Of a DNA stretch of 17,199 bases, positions 7,774 through 17,199 are shown piece after piece. Below the pieces are notes generated by a model. It did not search any database. It had not been told where the DNA came from and worked only from the letters and a program-made list of their open reading frames with translations. Where the stretch lies: the NCBI GenBank assembly GCA_041288095.1, contig JBGGMJ010000063.1, positions 1 through 17,199 of the forward strand, in the 5' to 3' direction. The first letter of the stretch is position 1. Each line of letters opens with the position of its first letter. The translations under genes were made by a program, and so were the position numbers. The stretch comes from Myxococcota bacterium. Lineage in GTDB: Bacteria; Myxococcota; XYA12-FULL-58-9; JALHOP01.

Positions 7774-9197
7774 AGATGAAATCACTACTTGCCGGAGCCG
7801 CCGTCGGCTCCTTGGTCGCCGGCTTCGCGATTGCTTCGAGCCATCGTGAAGCTCCCCTCATCGCCGAGGACCCGACCGTGGACTCGACGGACGTCTACGC
7901 GTTCGTGAGCCCGGATCAGCCGTCGACGGTGACGCTGCTCGCGAACTACATCCCGTTCCAGGTGCCGTCGAGCGGACCGAACTACCATCGGTTCTCAGAC
8001 CTCGCCCTTTACGAGGTCAAGATCGACAATACGGGGGATGCCGTGGAGGACATCGTTTACCAGTTCCGCTTCACCAACGAGCGGCGGACCGGCGCGACCT
8101 TCCTCTACAACATCGGTGGCATCACCGATCCCGACGACAGCGACCGCAACGTCACCCAGAAGTACACGGTGGCGCGGCAGGAGCTGACCGCCGGAACGGT
8201 CACGAGCGAGGCGATGCTCGGAACTTTCGAGACCGCCTTCCCCAACATTGGCCCACGGTCGAATGGCGGCAGCAACGCCGCGTACGAAGCCAACTCCGCC
8301 AAGTTCATCGGCAACCTCGCGAATGCGGGCGGCAAGGTGTTCGTGGGGCCGCGTGACGAAGGCTTCTATCTCGACATCAACGCCATCTTCGATCTGCTCA
8401 ATATCAGCCGCACCGACGGTTTGGGTGACGGCAGCGCGGTCGACGGCACGGCGCGCTTGAACGTCAGCACCATCGGGTTGCAGATCCCGATCACCGAGCT
8501 CACCGCCGACGGCTCGGCTCCGATCGAAGCACTGGATCACGACGCGGTGATCGGCGTGTGGACCACGGCGAGCCGGCCCAAGCACAAGGTGCTTCGCGGC
8601 GGCAGCGATCCTCGCGTCTTCGGTCCCTACGTGCAGGTATCGCGGCTCGGGTTGCCGCTGGTGAACGAGGTCGTCGTGCCGCTGGCCTTCAAGGATCAGT
8701 ACAACCGCACGTCGCCGAAAGATGACGTCGCGAACATCGCCGGCTACGTGGTCGACCCAGAGCTCTCCAGGCTTCTGCGCGACGTCCACGGGCTCACGAT
8801 TCCGCCGACTCCTCGTGTCGACCTCGTGAAGGTCATCAGCTTCCTGCCGGGCGCTCTCACCTCGCGTGAGGACTTGCAGCCAGCGGACATCCTGCGCTTG
8901 AACGTGGCGATCCCGCCGAAGACCATCGGTGATGTCGGCTACAGCCGACTCGGCGTCATCGCCGGAGACACCGGCGGCTTCCCCAACGGCCGGCGGGTCG
9001 GTGACGACGTCGTCGACATCCTCGAGCGCGTCGTCGGCGGAGGCATCCTCGCGGAAGGCACACCGCCGGAGGCGACCGGTGAGACCGCCTGGGCAGACGT
9101 GTTCCCGAACAACGCCTTGAATGACGGCGTCGACGAGAACGACGTGCCCTATCTCACGGTGTTCCCGTACCTGGGTACCCCACAACCGGGCTTGTAG
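7770..9197 (+). CDS. DUF4331 domain-containing secreted protein (475 aa)
   Basis: Family signatures 'SSHREAPLI..DP..D.TDVYAFVSP', 'VFVGPRDEGFYLD', 'QVSRLGLPLVNEV', 'GFPNGRR..DDVVDI', 'FPYL..P'; signal peptide ending AIA. Confidence 0.92.
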   Translation: MKMKSLLAGAAVGSLVAGFAIASSHREAPLIAEDPTVDSTDVYAFVSPDQPSTVTLLANYIPFQVPSSGPNYHRFSDLALYEVKIDNTGDAVEDIVYQFRFTNERRTGATFLYNIGGITDPDDSDRNVTQKYTVARQELTAGTVTSEAMLGTFETAFPNIGPRSNGGSNAAYEANSAKFIGNLANAGGKVFVGPRDEGFYLDINAIFDLLNISRTDGLGDGSAVDGTARLNVSTIGLQIPITELTADGSAPIEALDHDAVIGVWTTASRPKHKVLRGGSDPRVFGPYVQVSRLGLPLVNEVVVPLAFKDQYNRTSPKDDVANIAGYVVDPELSRLLRDVHGLTIPPTPRVDLVKVISFLPGALTSREDLQPADILRLNVAIPPKTIGDVGYSRLGVIAGDTGGFPNGRRVGDDVVDILERVVGGGILAEGTPPEATGETAWADVFPNNALNDGVDENDVPYLTVFPYLGTPQPGL

Positions 9198-9205
9198 TCC
9201 GTTTT

Positions 9206-9249
9206 AGAGGACGGGGAGGACGCTTGCACGCGGTCCTCCCCGCCCCTCT
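9206..9249 (+). repeat. Intra-operon stem-loop
   Basis: CGGGGAGGAC (9212-9221) and GTCCTCCCCG (9233-9242) form perfect 10-bp arms, extendable by AGAGG/CCTCT. No U-tract; lies directly before the GAGG RBS at 9251. Confidence 0.75.
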
Positions 9250-9259
9250 CGAGGTCACC

Positions 9260-10375
9260 ATGCGCGCCTATTCATGCATCCTCCTGGTCATTGCCTTCAC
9301 CGCATGCAAGCCGACGACTCCGAGCGCCGCCGAGTTCGCGCGCGCTTTCGCCTCTTACGATCGACTCGAGGATCCCGAGGCACACGCCGCCAAGACCGAC
9401 GGCTTCACGCGACGCTGGAAAAACGCGCGCTACGTCTGGGATGGGCTCGCGCTGGCGACTCTCTGCAATGACGGCACGCGCACCTGCGCGATCAACTTCT
9501 GGGCGAAGGCCCTACCCGAAGACCGCGAGCGTCTCGGTGGACTCTATCCCCGCGTCGTCTTCACCGCCGAAGGCTACGCGAAGTTGCGCGCCGGGTGCTC
9601 CGATGCGACTGCTTGCGCGCTGCGCGTCGACGGCGTCATGAGCGAGCTCGTCGCCGACGGCGACATGCCGCTCGCGGTGACCTTCACCGGTGCCGACGTC
9701 GTGCGCGCGGCACCCGAGCCCGACATCGATGGATGGTTTCCGAAACCCGTACGCTCAGTGGCGCAGGCGCAGGCTACACGTGAGCCCAAGGAGGTAGCGA
9801 CCGACGTCGCTCTCGCCATGACGCCCATCGATCGCCCGGGGGCGGCAAACCTGACACGCGCGCAGCAGAGTCTCGCGCGGCTGCGCTACCAGCGCGACGC
9901 CTACGTCGATATCGGCAACGGTTGGCTCAAGCTCGCCCGCGTCACCGCCGATGAAGGTTTCGTCACCCATGCGGCGGCGGCGGCGCGTCTGGCGCTCGAC
10001 CGGGCCCCCCTTCACGGGCCGGCGCTCGCAATCCTCGCGGCGAGCCAGCTTTCGGCGCACGACTTCGCGGCGGCTCGCGCGACGGCCGAGCGGGTCCTGG
10101 CGGCCACACCAGGCGACCCGCATGCGCTGTCCGTTGCAGCGGATGCCGCTCTGGAGCTCGCGGACGTGGACGGCGCCGCGCGCCACGTCGAGCGCCTAGT
10201 GGCCGAAGGCAGGACCCTCGCGTCGCTCTCGCGCGCCGCTCACATCGCGTTCCTGCGCGGTGACAAGAAGAGCGCGCGGGCTACCTACGACGAAGCACTG
10301 GCCGTGGCGTCGCCGGCCGAGCCGGAAGCCGTCGCCTGGGTGAAGAAAGAGCGCGACGCCCTGGGGCTGCCTTGA
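9260..10375 (+). CDS. Lipoprotein: unknown N-terminal domain fused to a TPR-like region, 371 aa
   Basis: GAGG RBS 5 nt before ATG 9260; lipobox-like FTA-C; C-terminal Ala-rich helical repeats ('AARLALDRAP', 'HDFAAARATAERVLAATP', 'RAAHIAFLRGD..SARATYDEAL') like the TPR proteins that accompany DUF4331. Confidence 0.8.
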   Translation: MRAYSCILLVIAFTACKPTTPSAAEFARAFASYDRLEDPEAHAAKTDGFTRRWKNARYVWDGLALATLCNDGTRTCAINFWAKALPEDRERLGGLYPRVVFTAEGYAKLRAGCSDATACALRVDGVMSELVADGDMPLAVTFTGADVVRAAPEPDIDGWFPKPVRSVAQAQATREPKEVATDVALAMTPIDRPGAANLTRAQQSLARLRYQRDAYVDIGNGWLKLARVTADEGFVTHAAAAARLALDRAPLHGPALAILAASQLSAHDFAAARATAERVLAATPGDPHALSVAADAALELADVDGAARHVERLVAEGRTLASLSRAAHIAFLRGDKKSARATYDEALAVASPAEPEAVAWVKKERDALGLP

Positions 10376-11322
10376 AACGCCTGATCGCCATCGCGAGCAT
10401 CTTGCTCGCGCCCGTGACCGCGCTGGCCCACCAGGTCGGCGTCTCGCTCGGCGACTACGTCGTCCGCGAAAACGGCCTCGACGCGACTCTGACGACGTCG
10501 TCCGCCGAGAGCATGACCGGCGCCTTGTCGGTTAGCGTGGACGGGACGGCCTGCGCTCCCGGCGCCGTCCGCTCCGAGGCCATCGAGAACGACGGCATGC
10601 GAAGCCGGCTCCATTTCGCGTGCGTCGTCGCGGCGGATGCACCCGTCCTCGTCGAAGCCGCCTTCGCGCCCGGCCACCGCCACATCGCCACCGTCCGGCG
10701 TGGCGAGCGCGAGACGCAGCACGTTCTCTTCGAGGGCAACGACCGCCTCACCATCGCTCCCGGAGCCGCAAGCTCGAGCTCCGGCTTCGACCTCTTCATG
10801 CTCGGCATCGAGCACATCCTTACCGGCTTCGATCACCTGGTGTTCTTGCTCGCCCTGGTGCTCGTCGACAGCCGCTTGCACAGCCTCGTGCGTATCGTCA
10901 CGGCGTTCACGGTCGCGCACTCGGCGAGCCTCGCCCTCGCGGCCACCGGCATCCTCGCGCCACCAGCCGCGCTCATCGAGCCTCTGATCGCCGCGAGCAT
11001 CCTCTATGTCGGGGTCGAGAGCCTGGTCGCGCCGGGCGCGCGGCATCGCTGGACCCGCGCCTTGGCCTTCGGCTTCGTGCACGGCTTCGGCTTCGCGGGA
11101 GCGCTGCTCGACCTCGCATTGCCACGCGCCCAGCTGCCGTCCGCGCTCTTTGCGTTCAACCTCGGGGTCGAGACCGGCCAGCTCGCGGTGCTGGCTATTC
11201 TGGTGCCGCTCCTCTCGCTCGCGCGCCGGCGGCTCTGGGTCGTGCGGACGGTGAGCGCCGCCGTCGTCATTGCCGGCGCGGTCTGGTTGGCCGAGCGCCT
11301 GATGCTACAATCGCCGATGTGA
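10372..11322 (+). CDS. HupE/UreJ family membrane protein (HupE_UreJ_2 type with N-terminal soluble domain)
   Basis: TTG start overlaps the upstream stop (TTGA); signal peptide ALA-H; motifs 'GIEHILTGFDHLVF', 'TAFTVAHSASL', 'IEPLIAASI', 'FGFVHGFGFA', 'FNLGVETGQL'. Confidence 0.92.
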   Translation: MKRLIAIASILLAPVTALAHQVGVSLGDYVVRENGLDATLTTSSAESMTGALSVSVDGTACAPGAVRSEAIENDGMRSRLHFACVVAADAPVLVEAAFAPGHRHIATVRRGERETQHVLFEGNDRLTIAPGAASSSSGFDLFMLGIEHILTGFDHLVFLLALVLVDSRLHSLVRIVTAFTVAHSASLALAATGILAPPAALIEPLIAASILYVGVESLVAPGARHRWTRALAFGFVHGFGFAGALLDLALPRAQLPSALFAFNLGVETGQLAVLAILVPLLSLARRRLWVVRTVSAAVVIAGAVWLAERLMLQSPM

Positions 11323-11777
11323 TCCCTCTGCTAGTCCAGCTGCTCGTCGCCGCCGCCTGCCGGAGCCAAACCACGGAGATCGTCGTCGACACCGCGGCGC
11401 ACCACATGGTCCTGTGCGACAAGGGCGAGCAGAAAGCCGAATACAAGGTCGCGCTCGGCTCGGGGGGCATCGGCAAGGAGCGCGAAGGCGACGCCAAGAC
11501 CCCGCTCGGCGTCTACCCTCTTCACCAGGGTCGTCCGTCGAGCAGCTTTCACACCTTTATATTGCTGGGCTATCCAACGAAGGAACAGCGCGCCAAAGGC
11601 ATGACCGGCAGCGCCGTGGGGGTGCACGGGCCGGCACGGGGCTATGAGCAGCTTGGCGAGCTGAACGTGGCCACCGATTGGACTTTGGGCTGCATCGCCG
11701 TGTCGAGCGACGAGCAAATCGACTTCATCGCCGCCTGGATGAAGAAGGCCCGCTGCACGCGTATCCGGCTCGAATAG
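11319..11777 (+). CDS. L,D-transpeptidase (YkuD) family protein, YafK/DpaA-like, 152 aa
   Basis: The real gene is the 3' part of ORF 10620..11777, with GTG 11319 overlapping the upstream stop (GTGA). Motifs 'YKVALG', 'KEREGDAKTPLGVY' and catalytic 'VHG...DWTLGCIAV'; short hydrophobic N-terminus with AAA-C. Confidence 0.88.
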   Translation: MIPLLVQLLVAAACRSQTTEIVVDTAAHHMVLCDKGEQKAEYKVALGSGGIGKEREGDAKTPLGVYPLHQGRPSSSFHTFILLGYPTKEQRAKGMTGSAVGVHGPARGYEQLGELNVATDWTLGCIAVSSDEQIDFIAAWMKKARCTRIRLE

Positions 11778-11792
11778 CCCGCGCGACCGACC

Positions 11793-11810
11793 TGCGACAA
11801 AACACCGCGA
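11793..11810. promoter_or_regulatory. Possible RegA/PrrA-like binding site upstream of actA
   Basis: TGCGAC-AAAAC-ACCGCG resembles GCGNC-AT-rich spacer-GNCGC with an imperfect right half. Confidence 0.25.
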
Positions 11811-11922
11811 TCATAAGAAGTCCGCGTTGCTTGCGCTGCCGATTCGTTTTCGTGTAGTCGCAACGCGCGCGAGGCACCCCTAACCAGGCGCCCTTGCTGC
11901 AGTACTCCATCGGGGTAGCCGG

Positions 11923-12573
11923 GTGACGTCTTTCAATTTTCCTCCCTGGACGAACAAGATACGACCACTTGCCGGCGCGCTCGGTGCCGGTGGCCTCGTT
12001 TACGTGGTCTGCCTCGTATGGTGGGGCTTCTCGCCGAAGACCACCGAGGTCGGCTTCCAGCCCGTACAGCCCATCGGCTACAGCCACGCGCTGCACGCCG
12101 GTAAGCTCGGGCTCGATTGCCGCTACTGCCACAACACGGTCGACCGCGCTGCCCACGCCGCGATCCCGCCGACCGAAACGTGCATGAACTGCCACGGCAT
12201 GGTGAAGACCAAGAGCGCAAAGCTCGCGGCGCTTCGCGAGAGCTGGGCAACCGACAAGCCCGTCGACTGGGTGAAGGTCCATGACCTCCCCGACTACGTC
12301 TACTTCAACCACTCGGCGCACGTGACCCGCGGCGTCGGCTGCGCCTCCTGCCACGGCCGTATCGACAAGATGGAAGTGGTCCACCAGGAAAACACGCTGG
12401 CCATGGGCTGGTGCTTGGACTGCCACCGCGCCCCCGAAGCGCACCTGCGGCCGGCGGAGCTGGTGACGCAGATGGACTACGTGCCCGAGCGTCCGCAGCT
12501 CGAGGTCGGCGCCGAGCTTCGCAAGGCGCACAACATCAATCCGCCGACTGATTGCTCGACGTGTCACAGGTAG
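11923..12573 (+). CDS. actA: Alternative complex III pentahaem cytochrome c subunit
   Basis: N-terminal TM helix; 'QPVQPIGYSHALHAG'; five CxxCH (CRYCH, CMNCH, CASCH, CLDCH, CSTCH); 'LPDYVYFNHSAHV'; 'MGWCLDCHR'; directly precedes actB. Confidence 0.95.
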   Translation: MTSFNFPPWTNKIRPLAGALGAGGLVYVVCLVWWGFSPKTTEVGFQPVQPIGYSHALHAGKLGLDCRYCHNTVDRAAHAAIPPTETCMNCHGMVKTKSAKLAALRESWATDKPVDWVKVHDLPDYVYFNHSAHVTRGVGCASCHGRIDKMEVVHQENTLAMGWCLDCHRAPEAHLRPAELVTQMDYVPERPQLEVGAELRKAHNINPPTDCSTCHR

Positions 12574-12581
12574 GTCCCCCC

Positions 12582-15500
12582 ATGAAGACTGTTACGATTG
12601 TCGCTAAAGCGGACACAGCCGACGCAAGTGAGCGAGCCGTTGTCCCGGCTCGCGAACCAGTCCAGGCCGCAACCAACGCATCGAACGAAGACACGACAAA
12701 ACCTGGCATCGGGTTCGCCGACGTTGTTCGCGGCGAACTCGATGACACCGCCGAGCCGCTAGGCTCGGAACGAGGTGCAAAAAACGTGACCGAATTCTGG
12801 CGATCCCTCTCCGAGCTGGAAGGGACTGCAGAGTTCGACCAAGCACTGGCCCGAGAATTCGGGAGCGACGTAGGCGACAAAGACAGCGGCGTGAACCGCC
12901 GCCACTTCGTCCAGATCATGGGCGCGTCTCTCGCTCTGGCCGGCGCCTCGGGTTGCCGCTGGGACAAGGACAACATCCACTCGTTCACGCGCTCGCCGCA
13001 GTCGCACATCCCCGGCAAGCCCAAGTACTTCGCCAGCGCCTATGACACCGACGGCATCGCCCAGCCGGTGATGGTGACGAGCTACGACTATCGCCCCATC
13101 AAGGTCGACGGAAACCCGAAGCATCCGATGAGCTTCGGCAGCTCCGACATCACGACGCAGGGCACAGTCCTCGAGCTCTACGATCCGGACCGCAGCAAGA
13201 ACGTGCTGAACGACGGCAAGAAATCGTCGTGGGACGCCTTCAGGGCCTTCGCGAAAGAAGCGTTCAAGGGCTCAGGCAGCCAAGTCGCCTTCATCACCGG
13301 CACCTACTCCTCGCCCTCACTCGTCGGACTCGTCGCCGAGCTCAAGCAGAAGCTGCCGCAGGCGACCTGGGTCACGTTCGACGGCATTTCCCGCGACAAC
13401 ATCCGTCAGGGCTCGATGGCGGCGTTCGGCAAGCCCGTTCGCACCATGCTCGAGCTTGCCCAAGCCCGCGTCATTTTGTCCCTCGACGATGACTTCCTCG
13501 GCGCGCACCCTGCTCATGTGAAGTACTCGCGCGACTGGGCAACCGCGCGACGGCCCGAACAGGGTGAGACCATGAGTCGTATGTACGTGGTCGAAAGCCG
13601 GCTCTCGAACACCGGAGGCTGCGCCGATCACCGCTTGCCGCTGCGTTCGCGCGACGTCAAGGCGTTCGCCTTGGCGGTCGAGCAAGCGCTCCGCCAAAGC
13701 GGCGTGGGCATCGAAGGTCAGAGCCCGAGCCCTTCCGGCCTGGACGCCGAGGTCACCCGCTTCGCCCATAGCGTCGCCAAAGACCTCGCGGCACACCAAG
13801 GGTCATGCGTGGTCACCGCCGGTTCCGGCCAGTCTTCCGAGGTGCACGCTATCGCGCACCGCATGAATCTGGCGCTCGGTAACGCCGGCAAGACCGTCAC
13901 CTATCTCGACCACGGCACGGCGGCGCAAGACGGCAGCCAAAACATGAACCTGGCACGGCTCATCGACAGCATGAGCAAGGGTCAGGTCGAGACGCTCGTC
14001 GTTCTCGGCGGCAACCCCGTTTACAACGCACCTGGGTCGCTCGCTTTCGCGCCTGCCTACGCCAAGGTGAAGAACCGCGTCCACCTCTCCGAATACGTCG
14101 ACGAGACCTCGAGTACCGCGACCTGGCACTTGAACGCCGCCCATTGGCTCGAGACCTGGGGCGATAGCCGCTCGTACGACGGCACCGTGACCGTGCAGCA
14201 GCCGATGATCCGGCCGCTCTACGACGGCAAGTCCGCTATCGAGGTCGCGAGCCTCATCCTCGCCGCGACCCAAGAGAACGGCGTGGCCGAAAACGGCTAC
14301 ACCTTGGTGCGCCGCACCTTCGGCAAGCTCACCGGCCACAACGCCGACGACAAGACGCTCGCGGCCGCGGTCACCGCGGACTACGATTCGCAAGGTCCAG
14401 TCCCGGAAGGGTCGTCCGCGGCGGCGGAGCCCAAGCTGCCGGTAACCTTCAACGCCTTCGACCGAGCTTGGCGCCAGAGCCTGTTCGACGGCGTGGTCAA
14501 CGGCACGGCCTTCGCCAAGACAACGCCGGCCCTGCAGCCCTTCACGGTGAGCGCGCCCGACGCGACGGCCTCGCGCGCCGACGTCAAGAACGGCGAGCTC
14601 GAGCTCACCTTCTACGTCGACAGCCGCATGGGCGACGGCCGCCACTCGAACAACGCTTGGCTGCAAGAGACACCCGACTTCATGACCAAGCTGACCTGGG
14701 ACAACGCGCTCCTGGTCGGCCCCGCCACCGCCAAGGCCCTGTCTCTCGAAGACGAAGGCATGGTGAAGATCTCGGTCAACGGCCGAGAGCTCACCGTCCC
14801 CGTGCTCGTGCAACCCGGTCAGGCGATGGGGAGCGCCGCCCTCGCGCTCGGCTATGGCCGCACCGCGGCGGGTCGCGTCGGCGGCTGGAAAGAGCGCGAG
14901 CTCGACCACACCGTCGCCGGCTTCGACGCCAACGTGTTGCGCGGCACCGAGACGGTCAGCTTCGTCGCGGGCGCCAAGGTCGCTCCGACAGGCGAGAGGT
15001 TCAAGCTCGCCACCACGGTCGACCACTTCTTGATCGATCAAGCCGGCATGAAGGAGCGCGAGCGTCGCGCCGGCGAGATCATCCGCATCGGCACCATCGA
15101 CGACTACAAGCACGAGCCCGACTTCGCCAAGCACGTGGTGCATCACCCACCGCTCGAGTCACTCTTCAAGGAGTGGGAATACGGTCAGCGCCGCTGGGGC
15201 ATGGCCATCGACCTCACGAGCTGCACCGGTTGCAGCGCCTGCGTCGTCGCCTGCACCGCCGAGAACAACGTGCCGGTGGTCGGTAAAGAGCAGGTGCTCC
15301 GCAATCGCGAAATGCACTGGATCCGTATCGACCGCTACTTCCAGGGCGACCCAGAGAACCCCAAGCTCGGCGCGCAGCCGATGCTCTGCCAACAGTGCGA
15401 AAACGCGCCCTGTGAGCAGGTGTGCCCGGTAGGCGCCACCATTCACACCCAGGAGGGTCTGAATGACATGGTCTACAACCGCTGCATCGGCACGCGGTAC

Positions 15501-15907
15501 TGCTCGAACAACTGTCCCTACAAGGTACGCCGCTTCAATTACTTCAACTTCCACGAGGACCTGAAAGACGGTCGCAACGAAGTGAAGAAGATGATGAACA
15601 ACCCGGAAGTGACTGTCCGCTTCCGCGGTGTCATGGAGAAGTGCACCTACTGCGTGCAGCGCATCCAGAACACCAAGATCGTCGCCAACAACGAGAAGCG
15701 GCGCATCAAGGACGGCGAAATCACGCCGGCATGCGCGCAAGCGTGTCCGACCGATGCCATCGTCTTCGGCGATCTGTCGGATCCGAACGCCCGCGTGAAC
15801 AAGCTCAAGGCGCTGCCGCGTAACTACGATGTGCTCGCCGAGCTCAACGTAAAGCCGCGCACCAGCTACCTTGCGAAGATAACGAATCCGAACGGAGGCC
15901 TCGTATC

Positions 15908-15911
<4 letters not shown>
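12582..15911 (+). CDS. actB: Alternative complex III subunit B (Tat-exported molybdopterin-oxidoreductase-like domain fused to Fe-S domain); start is ATG 12582 or GTG 12786
   Basis: 'FWRSLSEL'; Tat motif '[21 protein letters not shown]'; '[12 protein letters not shown]'; '[17 protein letters not shown]'; Fe-S motifs [37 protein letters not shown] (3Fe-4S type), CTYC...CAQACP. Confidence 0.95.

Positions 15912-17199
<1,288 letters not shown>

Noticed and set aside
10620-11318. Apparent 233-aa N-terminal extension of the L,D-transpeptidase, or a HupE-Ldt frameshift fusion
   Set aside because: It is off-frame sequence overlapping hupE/ureJ. HupE is complete with its own stop, GTG 11319 gives a standard GTGA coupling, and I saw no slippery site.
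12582-15150. Catalytic molybdoenzyme or selenoprotein
   Set aside because: Context and motifs identify ActB, whose molybdopterin-like domain is known to lack the cofactor. There is no in-frame TGA, and neighbouring genes are in different frames, so read-through fusion is not supported.

Overview
High-GC bacterial DNA, probably Myxococcota/deltaproteobacterial (inferred from gene content, unverified), with three blocks. (1) 211-4569: a minus-strand pair of a LivK-like substrate-binding lipoprotein and a TonB-dependent receptor, divergent from a YfiR/HmsC-family gene. No ABC permease, kinase or cyclase partner lies in the window. (2) 4586-11777: a His-rich-plug TonB-dependent receptor divergent from a mostly translationally coupled operon: acidic Cys-loop/L-domain-repeat lipoprotein, DUF4331, lipoprotein-TPR fusion, HupE/UreJ-family protein and L,D-transpeptidase-family protein. 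Two matching back-to-back ECF-type promoter motifs lie between the arms. Three predicted mature N-termini carry metal-binding-type His (SSH-, H-, H-), suggesting an uncharacterised ECF-controlled Ni/Cu-type handling system, the best candidate for a new system here. (3) 11923-end: the start of an alternative complex III operon (actA, actB, actC truncated by the window edge). No RNA genes, CRISPR arrays or mobile elements were recognised.
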